A stretch of 64,000 bases of DNA, from assembly GCA_965215565.1 (NCBI GenBank), contig CBDCDZ010000004.1:160001-224000 (forward strand), read 5' to 3'. Positions 8,939 to 18,098 of the stretch are shown here, piece after piece. A program made the position numbers and the translations under genes. The notes beneath the pieces are model-generated. The model had not been told where the DNA came from, searched no databases, and saw only the letters and a program-made list of their open reading frames with translations. Position 1 is the stretch's first letter. Each line of letters begins with the position of its first letter. Origin of the DNA: Trueperaceae bacterium (lineage in GTDB: Bacteria > Deinococcota > Deinococci > Deinococcales > Trueperaceae).

Positions 8939-9733
8939 CTAATCCACCGCATCCAAAAACATCCCCATCGCATGATAGCCCGCATCCACATAGATGGTCT
9001 CACCCGTAATCCCACTGCCCAAATCATCCGAAACGAGCGACAGCGCCAACCCCGCCACCTCATCTTGGGTGATGTTGCGCTTCAGCATCGAGAGCTTGCC
9101 TGCCACCGAATACATATCGCCAAAGCCCGAAATGCTCCGCGCCGCCACGGTGCGAAGAGGTCCCGCGCTAATCGCGTTCACGCGGACGCCTTGCTCGCCT
9201 AAGTCGTAGGCGAGAAAGCGGACGCTCGCTTCTAACGCCGCTTTCGCTACGCCCATCATGTTGTAGTGCGGCACGACACGCTCGGCTGCCAAGTAGGTCA
9301 TGGCGAGGATGCTGCCGCCGTCCGTCATAAGAGGTTGGGCGCGTTTTGCCATCGCCACGAGCGAGTACGCGGACACGTCCATCGCCGTTTTCCAGTCCTC
9401 ACGGCTTACCTGATAGAAAGGTTTCTCGAAGGTTTCGGGAGGTGCGAAGGCGACCGAGTGGATGATGAAGTCGAGCGTGCCGAATTCGTCTTTTACGGCG
9501 GCGAAGACTTTATCCAAGTCGGCGTCTTGGGTGACGTCGCACTCGAGTAGCACCGTTTCATCCATCTCCGCCGTGAGCTTCTCCAAAGTCCCTCTAAGCC
9601 GCTCCGCCTGATACCCAAAGGCGAGCCGCGCCCCCGCTGCTGAAAGCTTTTGCGCGATGGGCCAGCCGATAGAGCGCTGATTGGTGACGCCGAAAACGAG
9701 TCCTTTTTTGCCTGAGAGGTCGATTGTGTACAT
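8939..9733 (-). CDS. fabI: Enoyl-ACP reductase
   Basis: GVTNQRSIGW, HSVAFAP, YNMMGVAKAALEASVR, VNAISAGPLRT. Confidence 0.95.
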   Translation of the reverse strand: MYTIDLSGKKGLVFGVTNQRSIGWPIAQKLSAAGARLAFGYQAERLRGTLEKLTAEMDETVLLECDVTQDADLDKVFAAVKDEFGTLDFIIHSVAFAPPETFEKPFYQVSREDWKTAMDVSAYSLVAMAKRAQPLMTDGGSILAMTYLAAERVVPHYNMMGVAKAALEASVRFLAYDLGEQGVRVNAISAGPLRTVAARSISGFGDMYSVAGKLSMLKRNITQDEVAGLALSLVSDDLGSGITGETIYVDAGYHAMGMFLDAVD

Positions 9734-9769
9734 GGAAGACAACTTAACATGTGGCTTGGGAAAGAGGTG

Positions 9770-10738
9770 CTAGCGCAGCCCAAACACCCGCGCGACCAAG
9801 GGCACGTCGCCTAGATGAAAGGTGTGCGTGGTGAAGATGTGCATCCAGGCGTTGCCGAGCGCGAGCGTCGAGACGCCTTTGATAACGCCCCAGAAGAGGT
9901 CGCCTGCCAAGAGCCAGGTGAGCGACAAGCCGACATCGGGTGCGCTGGTCCACTCGAGGAAGTATTCGTTGAGGTTGAAGAGCATATAGGCGACGCCAGC
10001 GAGCACCGCGCCTGTCACCCAGGAGCGGGCAAGAAACGCGAGGCGTGGAGCCAGCAGTGCTTGGGTAAAGACTGCAACAGGGACGAGCGTGCCGAGACCG
10101 TAGATGAGTAGGGTTAAGGCGTGTCCCAGCACGGACGTAGACCAAAATGCGTCAGTCGCAAAAGGTAGAACGCCGATTACACCTACTACCACGGCGAAGG
10201 GGACGAACACACGCGGTTTAGGGAAACCCAGGAGAAGCTGCGCCGCGCTGTACCCGCGTACACCCATGAAGAAGGCGAGGGGAAGCGCGGTGAAGACCAG
10301 GAAGTTGTAGCCGACCCAGACCAGCGACGACCCTACCGGACTGAGCCCTAAAATGTCCTGCGTGCCGTCCGCAAATGCCCCGAAGTGGATGTGAGTGTGA
10401 ATGTTGAGCGTGAGCCCGATACCCATCGCTACAGCCATGTACGCAACGAGCCAAACCGTTTCCAAAAGCGCCCGCGTGCGCGTTAAGCCGAGGTCGTAAG
10501 TGTGATCCACCGGCTTGAGTCCTGCTCTGCGGGCGAGAAAGAGCATAAGGGCGATGAAGGGCAAAACGGCAACCTGACCGAGCAGATAAGGAAGGGGCTC
10601 CTGGTTGCCGTAGCGCAACCAGGAGAGGTCGGCGAAGAAGATCAGATAGGTGATAGCGGCGAGCCAAACTAGTGCGACGCCAACGAGGTAGGGATTGAGA
10701 CGCACTTGAGGGCGGGGTGCAGGTAGGGACGTCGACAT
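9770..10738 (-). CDS. Multi-pass membrane protein, possibly a degenerate CPBP/Abi-like protein
   Basis: About 8-9 hydrophobic segments; C-terminal HIFTTH; divergent from a TetR gene. Confidence 0.65.
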   Translation of the reverse strand: MSTSLPAPRPQVRLNPYLVGVALVWLAAITYLIFFADLSWLRYGNQEPLPYLLGQVAVLPFIALMLFLARRAGLKPVDHTYDLGLTRTRALLETVWLVAYMAVAMGIGLTLNIHTHIHFGAFADGTQDILGLSPVGSSLVWVGYNFLVFTALPLAFFMGVRGYSAAQLLLGFPKPRVFVPFAVVVGVIGVLPFATDAFWSTSVLGHALTLLIYGLGTLVPVAVFTQALLAPRLAFLARSWVTGAVLAGVAYMLFNLNEYFLEWTSAPDVGLSLTWLLAGDLFWGVIKGVSTLALGNAWMHIFTTHTFHLGDVPLVARVFGLR

Positions 10739-10757
10739 CGTGACCTCTTTTCAAAAC

Positions 10758-10786
10758 TACCAGTGGTTAAATATTTACCAATGGTA
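10758..10786. promoter_or_regulatory. Tandem palindromic operator (TACCAnTGGT x2), probably for the adjacent TetR
   Basis: TACCAGTGGTT (10758-10768) and TACCAATGGTA (10776-10786) in the 69-bp divergent gap. Confidence 0.6.
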
Positions 10787-10807
10787 GGATAAGGTAAAAT
10801 CTTACCG

Positions 10808-11440
10808 ATGTCAAGTTCGAATGCGCAGACTGCCAAGCGGGACGGCTACCATCACGGCGACTTGCGGCGTGTGCTTGTCGAGACGGCTCGAGCTGCGCTT
10901 ATAGAGGGTACTGGCACGCTCTCCTTGCGGGCCGTCGCTAGACGGGCGGGCGTGAGCCACGCTTCGGCGTACTACCACTTCAAGGACAAGACGGCGCTCC
11001 TCGCGGCGGTTGCGGTAAGCGCCTTTGCAGACCTCACGGCGGCGACCGAAGAGGCGTACAACCGGGAAGATAGGTCGGCGTTGGAGCGTTTGGAGGTTCT
11101 TGCGCAGGCGTACGTACGCTTCGCGCTCGAGCACCCTCAGGAGTTTCGCTTGATGTTCTTGCCCGAACTGCGCAGCGACGCCGTGCGTACTGAGGTCGAG
11201 CGGGCTGGACGTGCAGGGTATGAGCGTATGGTCGCGCTCGTGACGCAGTTGCAGGTGGAGGGGCGTGTCGCTGAGGGAGACCCAGAAGAGGTAGCGATCA
11301 GCGCTTGGGCCGTGATGCACGGCTTGGCGACCTTGATGATCGACGGACCGCTCTACCGCAACACTCGCACGGCAAAAGGGCGCGAAACGCTCGTTTCAAA
11401 CGCAGTTGAGCATTTGCTGTTTGGAGTGCTCACGAAATAG
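10808..11440 (+). CDS. TetR/AcrR regulator with WHG-type C-terminal domain
   Basis: YHHGDLR, LSLRAVARRAGVSHASAYYHFKDK, AWAVMHGLA. Confidence 0.95.
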   Translation: MSSSNAQTAKRDGYHHGDLRRVLVETARAALIEGTGTLSLRAVARRAGVSHASAYYHFKDKTALLAAVAVSAFADLTAATEEAYNREDRSALERLEVLAQAYVRFALEHPQEFRLMFLPELRSDAVRTEVERAGRAGYERMVALVTQLQVEGRVAEGDPEEVAISAWAVMHGLATLMIDGPLYRNTRTAKGRETLVSNAVEHLLFGVLTK

Positions 11441-11555
11441 CCCTTCATAACGCCCTGTATCAGCTTTGTTAAGTTCATTACACCCGCAGATACCTCCCCA
11501 AGTTTCCGCACCACCCCCTTTTCTTCCCATGACGCATTGTGGTTATAGTTGACGC

Positions 11556-13586
11556 ATGACAGTAACAGAACCTAAAACAAAGAAAGCGAAAGCTACAACG
11601 AAATCTGATTTACCTGAAAACTTACCCAAGAAGTGGTCCAGAGCGGTCATCTTGCGTGTTCAGCCCGAGATTGACGGCGGACGTTTTCCCATCAAGCGTG
11701 TCGCGGGCGAAGCCGTCACCGTGACTTCCAACCTCGTCGGCGACGGTCACGACGTGATGGGCGCGGAGCTTGTTTATGGTCCGCAAAACGGGCGAGAAGA
11801 GACGACCCGGATGCGCTTCGAAGGGAACGATACGTATACGGGTACGTTTCACGTTGGCGACCCCGGCATGTGGGTCTACCGCGTGCGGGCGTGGGTGGAC
11901 GAGTTCGGGACGTGGCTAGCACTCTTCCGCCGCCGCGTTGAGGGGGGCAGCCCTGAGTGGGAGATCGAGAGCGAGCTTAAAGATGGCGCGTCCTTGTTAG
12001 AGAAGTGCGCCAAAAAAGCCAAAGGTGACGACAAAAAGCGGCTCAAGTCGTATATCAAAGCGTTCGGATCGGGGGACGCTGAGGCGGCGTTGCAGCGAGA
12101 GGTCAAAGAGCTTGCGGCGCAGTATGACTCCCGCGAAGGAGCCGAAGACGGGCGCACTTTGGAGATACACGTGGAGCGTAAGCTCGCGCAGTTCAGCGCC
12201 TGGTACGAGTTCTTCCCGCGTTCGGTGGGCAAGCCGGGCGAGCACGGTACGCTGGACGACGCAGCGGAGATGCTGGACTATGTCAAAGAGATGCACTTCG
12301 ATATCGTCTATCTGCCGCCGATTTACCCTATCGGTAAAAGCCACCGCAAAGGGAAGAACAACGCCCAAGAAGCCGAAGCGGGCGACGTGGGTAGTCCCTG
12401 GGCCATCGGCAACGAGGACGGCGGACACAAGACCGTCGAGCCGATGTTGGGCGGGATGGAAGCGTTTGAGCGCTTTATGAAGCGGGCACAGGAACTAGGG
12501 CTAGAGGTCGCCCTAGACCTCGCCTATCAGTGCTCGCCCGACCACCCCTACGTCAAAGAGCACCCCGAGTGGTTCCGCCAGCGCCCCGACGGTTCGATTC
12601 GCTACGCGGAGAACCCACCCAAGAAGTATCAGGACATCTACAACGTGGACTTCGAGTGTGAGGATTGGAAAGGGTTGTGGTTGGAACTCCGAGGTGTCGT
12701 CGAGTTTTGGGCAGAGCGAGGCGTACGCACCTTCCGTGTGGACAACCCGCACACCAAAGCGCTGCCCTTCTGGGAGTGGTGCTTTAGCACGCTCCGCGAG
12801 AAGTACCCCGACCTTATCTTTTTAGCCGAAGCCTTTACGCGCCCTCACCAGATGTACGCGCTTGCCAAACTCGGCTTTAGCCAGTCGTACACGTACTTCA
12901 CCTGGCGCTATAACAAGAGTGACTTTGAACAGTATTTGGGCGAACTCTTCCAGAGCGAAGTCGTGGATTTCTACCGTCCGTCGTTCTGGCCTAACACGCC
13001 CGATATTCTCCCGCCCTACTTGCGCACGCGCCCCGTCTTCCAAGCGCGGCTCGTCATGGCGGCGATGATGTCGTCCTCTTACGGGATTTACGGTCCGGTC
13101 TTTGAGTTGCTCGAGAACGAACCCCATCCGGCCAGGGAAGAATATTTAGGCAGCGAGAAGTACGAAATCCACAACTGGAACTTGGACGATCCCAAATCGC
13201 TCAAGCCCCTCATGACCCGCATCAACGAGATTCGCCACGCCAACCCCGCGCTGCATAACAACCGCTCCTTGAAGTTTCACTACGTGGACAACGACCAGCT
13301 TCTAGCCTTTTCCAAACAAGAGGGCGACAACCGTATCTTAGTCGTTGTCAACTTCGATGCGAACTACGCGCAGACGGGTTTCGTCCACCTCGACTTAGGC
13401 GCGTTGGGACTCTCGGACGGCGCGTATCACTTGGAAGACTTGGTCATCGGCGAGCGCTACACCTGGGAAGGCTCGCGCAACTTCATCCGCTTAGACCCGC
13501 ACTACTTCCCCGCCCACATTCTCAAAATCACGCCTGAGCGCCGCGAGCAGAGCTTTGACTCGTACATGGCGCAACAGAGTGTATAG
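11556..13586 (+). CDS. glgE: Alpha-1,4-glucan:maltose-1-phosphate maltosyltransferase
   Basis: WYEFFPRS, YAENPPKKYQDIY, FRVDNPHTK, LAEAFT, NTPDIL. Confidence 0.95.
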   Translation: MTVTEPKTKKAKATTKSDLPENLPKKWSRAVILRVQPEIDGGRFPIKRVAGEAVTVTSNLVGDGHDVMGAELVYGPQNGREETTRMRFEGNDTYTGTFHVGDPGMWVYRVRAWVDEFGTWLALFRRRVEGGSPEWEIESELKDGASLLEKCAKKAKGDDKKRLKSYIKAFGSGDAEAALQREVKELAAQYDSREGAEDGRTLEIHVERKLAQFSAWYEFFPRSVGKPGEHGTLDDAAEMLDYVKEMHFDIVYLPPIYPIGKSHRKGKNNAQEAEAGDVGSPWAIGNEDGGHKTVEPMLGGMEAFERFMKRAQELGLEVALDLAYQCSPDHPYVKEHPEWFRQRPDGSIRYAENPPKKYQDIYNVDFECEDWKGLWLELRGVVEFWAERGVRTFRVDNPHTKALPFWEWCFSTLREKYPDLIFLAEAFTRPHQMYALAKLGFSQSYTYFTWRYNKSDFEQYLGELFQSEVVDFYRPSFWPNTPDILPPYLRTRPVFQARLVMAAMMSSSYGIYGPVFELLENEPHPAREEYLGSEKYEIHNWNLDDPKSLKPLMTRINEIRHANPALHNNRSLKFHYVDNDQLLAFSKQEGDNRILVVVNFDANYAQTGFVHLDLGALGLSDGAYHLEDLVIGERYTWEGSRNFIRLDPHYFPAHILKITPERREQSFDSYMAQQSV

Positions 13587-13809
13587 GGGGGCGCGTGTAG
13601 GGTAAGAAACTCCACATTGACGTGTGCGCCTTTCCCGATAAGGTGAAGGCGCACGTTATGTTGTATGTTGGGCAATTGTGCGCTCTGTCAGATATTTCTC
13701 GGGTGCTATAGCGCAAAATTTACGAAGTACACTTAAAGCATATTTAGAGAACGATTCAAGCAACGCTTCACCGAAAAGAAGCCATGAGTAGAAGATAGAT
13801 ATAGAAGAG

Positions 13810-16800
13810 GTGACGATGGACTCTCAAACGGTAGAACAGCCAAAAACAAAGACGAGCAGGCTCAATGACGACCCCCTGTGGTACAAGGACGCGGTGGTCT
13901 ACGAGCTGCATGTTCGCTCATTTTACGACTCAAACGGCGACGGTTACGGCGACTTCGAGGGCTTGCGGCAGAAACTCCCTTACTTAGAGGAGCTGGGCGT
14001 CAACACGCTCTGGCTCTTGCCCTTTTACGATTCCCCCTTGCGCGACGACGGCTACGACATCGCGGACTACAAGGGGATTTTGCCCGTCCACGGTAATTTA
14101 GACGACTTCAAGAGGTTTTTAGACGAAGCGCACGAGCGCGGGATGCGCGTCATCACCGAACTCGTTTTGAACCACACCAGCGACCAGCACCCCTGGTTTC
14201 AAGAGGCGCGGCAGCCGAACTCGCCCAAGCGCGACTGGTACGTCTGGAGCGAAACATCCGAGAAGTATAAAGACGTGCGCATCATCTTCACCGACACCGA
14301 GCACTCCAACTGGACCTGGGACCCGGTGGCGGGCGCGTACTATTGGCACAGGTTCTTTAGCCATCAGCCCGACCTCAATTGGGATAACCCCGAAGTCGAA
14401 AAGGCGCTCCACGAGGCGATGTTCTATTGGCTCGATATGGGTGTGGATGGGCTGCGCTTAGACGCGGTGCCCTACCTCTACGAGCGCGAAGGAACCTCGA
14501 GCGAGAACCTCCCCGAAACCTTAGACGCTATTAAACGCCTCCGCAAAGTCATCGAAGACCGCTACGGTCCCGGACGCATCCTCTTAGCCGAGGCGAACCA
14601 GTGGCCCGAGGACACGCTGCCGTATTTTGGTGATGAGGGCGAAGGCGTGCAGATGGCGTTCAACTTTCCGCTGATGCCCCGGATGTACTTGGCGCTCCGC
14701 CGCGAGAACCGTCAGCCGATTGTGGAAATGCTTAACCTGACCGAAGACATACCCGAGGACGCGCAGTGGGCGCTCTTTTTGCGCAACCACGACGAGTTGA
14801 CGTTGGAAATGGTCACGGACGAAGAGCGCGACTACATGTATAACGAGTACGCGATGGACCGGCAGTTCCGCATCAATGTAGGGATTCGCCGCCGCTTAGC
14901 GCCCCTTTTAGGGAATGAGCGCCGCCGCATCGAACTGATGAACGCGCTGGTTCTCTCTCTCAAGGGCAGCCCGATTCTCTACTACGGCGACGAAATCGGC
15001 ATGGGCGATAACGTCTTTTTGGGAGACCGCAACGGAGTACGCACGCCGATGCAGTGGAGCCCAGACCGCAACGCGGGCTTTTCCAAAGCGCCCTTTCACC
15101 AGCTCTTTTTACCGCCCGTCAACGAAGGCGGCTACGGCTATCAGTTCGTAAACGTCGAGGAGTCGCAGAAGAGTGCGCACTCGCTGTACAACTTCACGCG
15201 CCGTATCTTGGGCGTGCGTCATCAGCACGCGAAGACCTTTGGGCGCGGCGAGCAGACGATTTTAGAGGTTGAGAATCAGCGGGTGTTTGCCTTTACCCGC
15301 CAATTTGAAGGTGAGACCGTGCTGGTGGTTGCGAACCTCTCGAGGTTTGCCCAAGCCGCGACGCTGCCGCTACGAAACTTTGCGGGTCAATATCCCGTCG
15401 AACTCTTTTCGCAGATGCCCTTTCCGCAGATTGGCGAGCATGAGTATCCGCTTGCCATAGGACCGCACGGGTTTTACTGGTTCGTCTTGCGCAGTGAAGA
15501 GGAAGCTGTTGCCGTTCCGCCTGAGCTTAGCGAGGTGGAGGAGAAGCTCGAGCGCACCCTCCCCACGATTGGCGTCTCCGGCGGTCTGGAGACCCTCCTT
15601 ATCGACACGATGGTGCAGGGTAAAGCGCGGCGTCAGTTGGAAGAAGTGTTGCCCGAATACCTGGGCATTCAGCGCTGGTTCGGTGCCAAAGAACGCGGCA
15701 TCAAAATGGCGCGGCTCGTGGACGCAGTGCGGTTACAGTCGCAGCCGCAGGCGTACCTCGCGCTGGTGCGCGTGGAATTCGCGGATGGGGGGCTAGGGCG
15801 CTACTTCTTACCGCTGACCTCCATCTCTGCAACGGACGCACCTAAGCTCACCGAAGAACACCCGAGGGCGGCCCTCGCCTGGCTCACTGAATCTACGGGG
15901 CGCACCCTGCTCTATGACGCCACGGCGGACGAAAATTTCTGGTTAGCGCTCTATCAGGCGGCGCGGCGCGAGTGGAAAGGCCGTTCCTTAAAAGGGCTCT
16001 ACAGCGCGAAGGCGACGAAAGGAACCGCACTGCCCGAAGTGGACGACACCAGCGAGGTGCACGTTTTAGGCGTCGAGCAGAGCAACTCGTCGGCGACCTT
16101 TGACGCGTCTGTCTTCGTCAAGCTCTACCGCAAGTTCGGCGAAGAGACCAACCCCGAAGCGGAGATGCTCTCCTACTTGACGCAAGCGGGTTTCCCCTTC
16201 GTCCCGCAGATACGCGGCGATGTGAGGTTTAAGCGCGGCGAGTTGGAGCTGACCTTGGGGATTTTCCAGACGTATCTACCCGGCGATAGGGACGCTTGGG
16301 GCTACGCTTTAGAGGAGGGACGGCGCTTTTTAGACCGCGTCGCGGAGACCTCACCTCCGGCGAATGCGCTGCCTCAAAGTTTTGACGACACGGTTCCGGT
16401 CTGGCTCGAGGACGCCGCTGGCGAAACCCTGCAACTCGCCGCCCTTCTAGGTGTACGCACCGCCGAGATGCACGCCACGCTTGCCAAAGCCGAAGCGAGC
16501 GCCTTGAAGCCCGAGCCAACCAGCGGTGAGGAGCTTGCAGCGTTCGTCTCACGTGTCCGCAGCGAAGCCGAGGAGACCTGGAGGATGCTCAATGCACAAG
16601 AAGGTGGGCAAGGCAAGGAGATGGACAGCGAAGCCCTCGGCGCAGGCTTAGACCGCTTAGATGCCCTCGCCAACGCTGAAGCCGATTGGCATAAAATTCG
16701 CGTTCACGGCGACTATCACCTCGGTCAAGTGATGCAAGCGGGCGGTGAGTTGTACCTCTTAGACTTTGAAGGCGAACCTGCCCGGACGCTCAAAGAGCGT

Positions 16801-17166
16801 CGGCAGAAAGACCAAGCGATTAGAGATGTTGCAGGGATGCTCCGCTCGTTGGAGTACGCGGGGCTCGTTACTTTGGAAAGCTATCCAGGACGCGAACAGA
16901 ACGGCAGCTTAGCACGAGATTTGACACTGTGGACGGACATTCTCATCCGCTGGAGCGAAGCCGTATTCTTAGAGGCGTACTTTTCCACTGCAGGCGAAGA
17001 CGCTATCTTCACGCCCAAAGATATGAAGACACGTGACCTGCTCCTCTGGGCGTATCAACTCGACAAAGTGCTTTACGAGGTGCGCTACGAGTTGGGGCAT
17101 CGCCCCGATTGGGTCTGGTTGCCACTGCGCGGGCTCAGCAGGTTGCTCGGTACGCAAGCGGCGTAA
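13810..17166 (+). CDS. treS: Trehalose synthase-maltokinase (TreS-Mak/Pep2) fusion; start may be the ATG at 13816
   Basis: RLDAVPYL, LAEANQWP, LRNHDELTLEMV; kinase part EQSNSS, RVHGDYHLGQ, DFEGEP, RDVAGMLRS. Confidence 0.95.
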   Translation: MTMDSQTVEQPKTKTSRLNDDPLWYKDAVVYELHVRSFYDSNGDGYGDFEGLRQKLPYLEELGVNTLWLLPFYDSPLRDDGYDIADYKGILPVHGNLDDFKRFLDEAHERGMRVITELVLNHTSDQHPWFQEARQPNSPKRDWYVWSETSEKYKDVRIIFTDTEHSNWTWDPVAGAYYWHRFFSHQPDLNWDNPEVEKALHEAMFYWLDMGVDGLRLDAVPYLYEREGTSSENLPETLDAIKRLRKVIEDRYGPGRILLAEANQWPEDTLPYFGDEGEGVQMAFNFPLMPRMYLALRRENRQPIVEMLNLTEDIPEDAQWALFLRNHDELTLEMVTDEERDYMYNEYAMDRQFRINVGIRRRLAPLLGNERRRIELMNALVLSLKGSPILYYGDEIGMGDNVFLGDRNGVRTPMQWSPDRNAGFSKAPFHQLFLPPVNEGGYGYQFVNVEESQKSAHSLYNFTRRILGVRHQHAKTFGRGEQTILEVENQRVFAFTRQFEGETVLVVANLSRFAQAATLPLRNFAGQYPVELFSQMPFPQIGEHEYPLAIGPHGFYWFVLRSEEEAVAVPPELSEVEEKLERTLPTIGVSGGLETLLIDTMVQGKARRQLEEVLPEYLGIQRWFGAKERGIKMARLVDAVRLQSQPQAYLALVRVEFADGGLGRYFLPLTSISATDAPKLTEEHPRAALAWLTESTGRTLLYDATADENFWLALYQAARREWKGRSLKGLYSAKATKGTALPEVDDTSEVHVLGVEQSNSSATFDASVFVKLYRKFGEETNPEAEMLSYLTQAGFPFVPQIRGDVRFKRGELELTLGIFQTYLPGDRDAWGYALEEGRRFLDRVAETSPPANALPQSFDDTVPVWLEDAAGETLQLAALLGVRTAEMHATLAKAEASALKPEPTSGEELAAFVSRVRSEAEETWRMLNAQEGGQGKEMDSEALGAGLDRLDALANAEADWHKIRVHGDYHLGQVMQAGGELYLLDFEGEPARTLKERRQKDQAIRDVAGMLRSLEYAGLVTLESYPGREQNGSLARDLTLWTDILIRWSEAVFLEAYFSTAGEDAIFTPKDMKTRDLLLWAYQLDKVLYEVRYELGHRPDWVWLPLRGLSRLLGTQAA

Positions 17167-17185
17167 CGTTTAGTAAGACATTAAG

Positions 17186-17218
17186 GACTGAGGTTGAAAC
17201 TAACCTCAGTCTTTTTTT
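17186..17218 (+). terminator. Intrinsic terminator
   Basis: GACTGAGGTT-GAAACT-AACCTCAGTC followed by T7. Confidence 0.85.
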
Positions 17219-17276
17219 GATTGGATTTGGGGGCTAGAAAACGACGTTGAAAGGACGTTTAGATGTGCTTTTATAT

Positions 17277-17539
17277 TAGCAGGTATCATCTGGTCAGCTA
17301 CACCCTCACCAAAGAGAACATCGTTTCCTTTTGCTGCGCAAAAACTACGTAATCGGAAAACTTCGTCCCTGCGGGCTTTCAGACTGCTGCGCAGCTTTCA
17401 GAAATTAGCGCGCACTTCAAGTGATGAAATTCCGCAATGGCAGGGCGGCCTGACCGTAACGCTAGTTCTTCGAACTGAGATCTGCGGAGAAGTGTTGCTT
17501 CGCATGGCTTCACCCAAGCAACGATAAGTGGAAATGCTA
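17277..17539 (+). mobile_element. MITE family A copy expanded to 263 bp by nested mini-elements
   Basis: Collinear with 36433-36543 apart from three inserts, including 17496-17516. Confidence 0.9.
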
Positions 17540-17638
17540 TATCATTCAACTTCTTTGAATGTCGCATGTTTCTGTCGCCTCTTTGGTATAGCTTACCGGG
17601 TTAAAGCGGACCATTAGAAGAACAAGAGAGTGCGCGGC

Positions 17639-17667
17639 GTAGGGACGGGTTTCAAACCCGCCCCTAC
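17639..17667. repeat. GTAG-family REP-like palindrome
   Basis: GTAGGGACGGGTTTCAAACCCGCCCCTAC. Confidence 0.75.
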
Positions 17668-17732
17668 TGCATTTGCCTCTCGACCTGGTTGAATCTGAGT
17701 CGCTTTTGTTTATCGAGAGGTCACGGCAAATA

Positions 17733-17843
17733 TAGCAAGTATCATTTGGTTTGAGCCAATCTGAGAAGGGAAAACACGCTCTAGCACGCACATTCGAGAA
17801 TGATACTTGTGTGATTCAAGCTCAGTGTTTATGTGAATTGCTA
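17733..17843 (+). mobile_element. MITE family A copy (111 bp, TA flanks)
   Basis: TA-TAGCAAGTATCATTTGGT...GAATTGCTA-TA. Confidence 0.88.
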
Positions 17844-18098
17844 TATTCAAGAGGTTTTCCATAACTTTTTCAGCATGGTCCATTCGTACCAACACCCAAT
17901 CAACTGGTCTTTCTGAAACAAAAATAGTCCTACCTGAGTAGAAAATTAAGAAACAATATACGGTGCGTGAGGGATAAATGTACCACCTCTTACTTTTCTG
18001 TCCCCTTGTCTAAGGGTTTGATGAACGCACTTAGACGTCAGTGCGCACGGCAGCCCCTCTCTTTACTCGTCTATGGTGAATACAACGTGAATAATTTT

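Noticed and set aside
17967..18098. N-terminal extension of the second TreS
   Set aside because: Not TreS-like; homology begins shortly after the ATG at 18099
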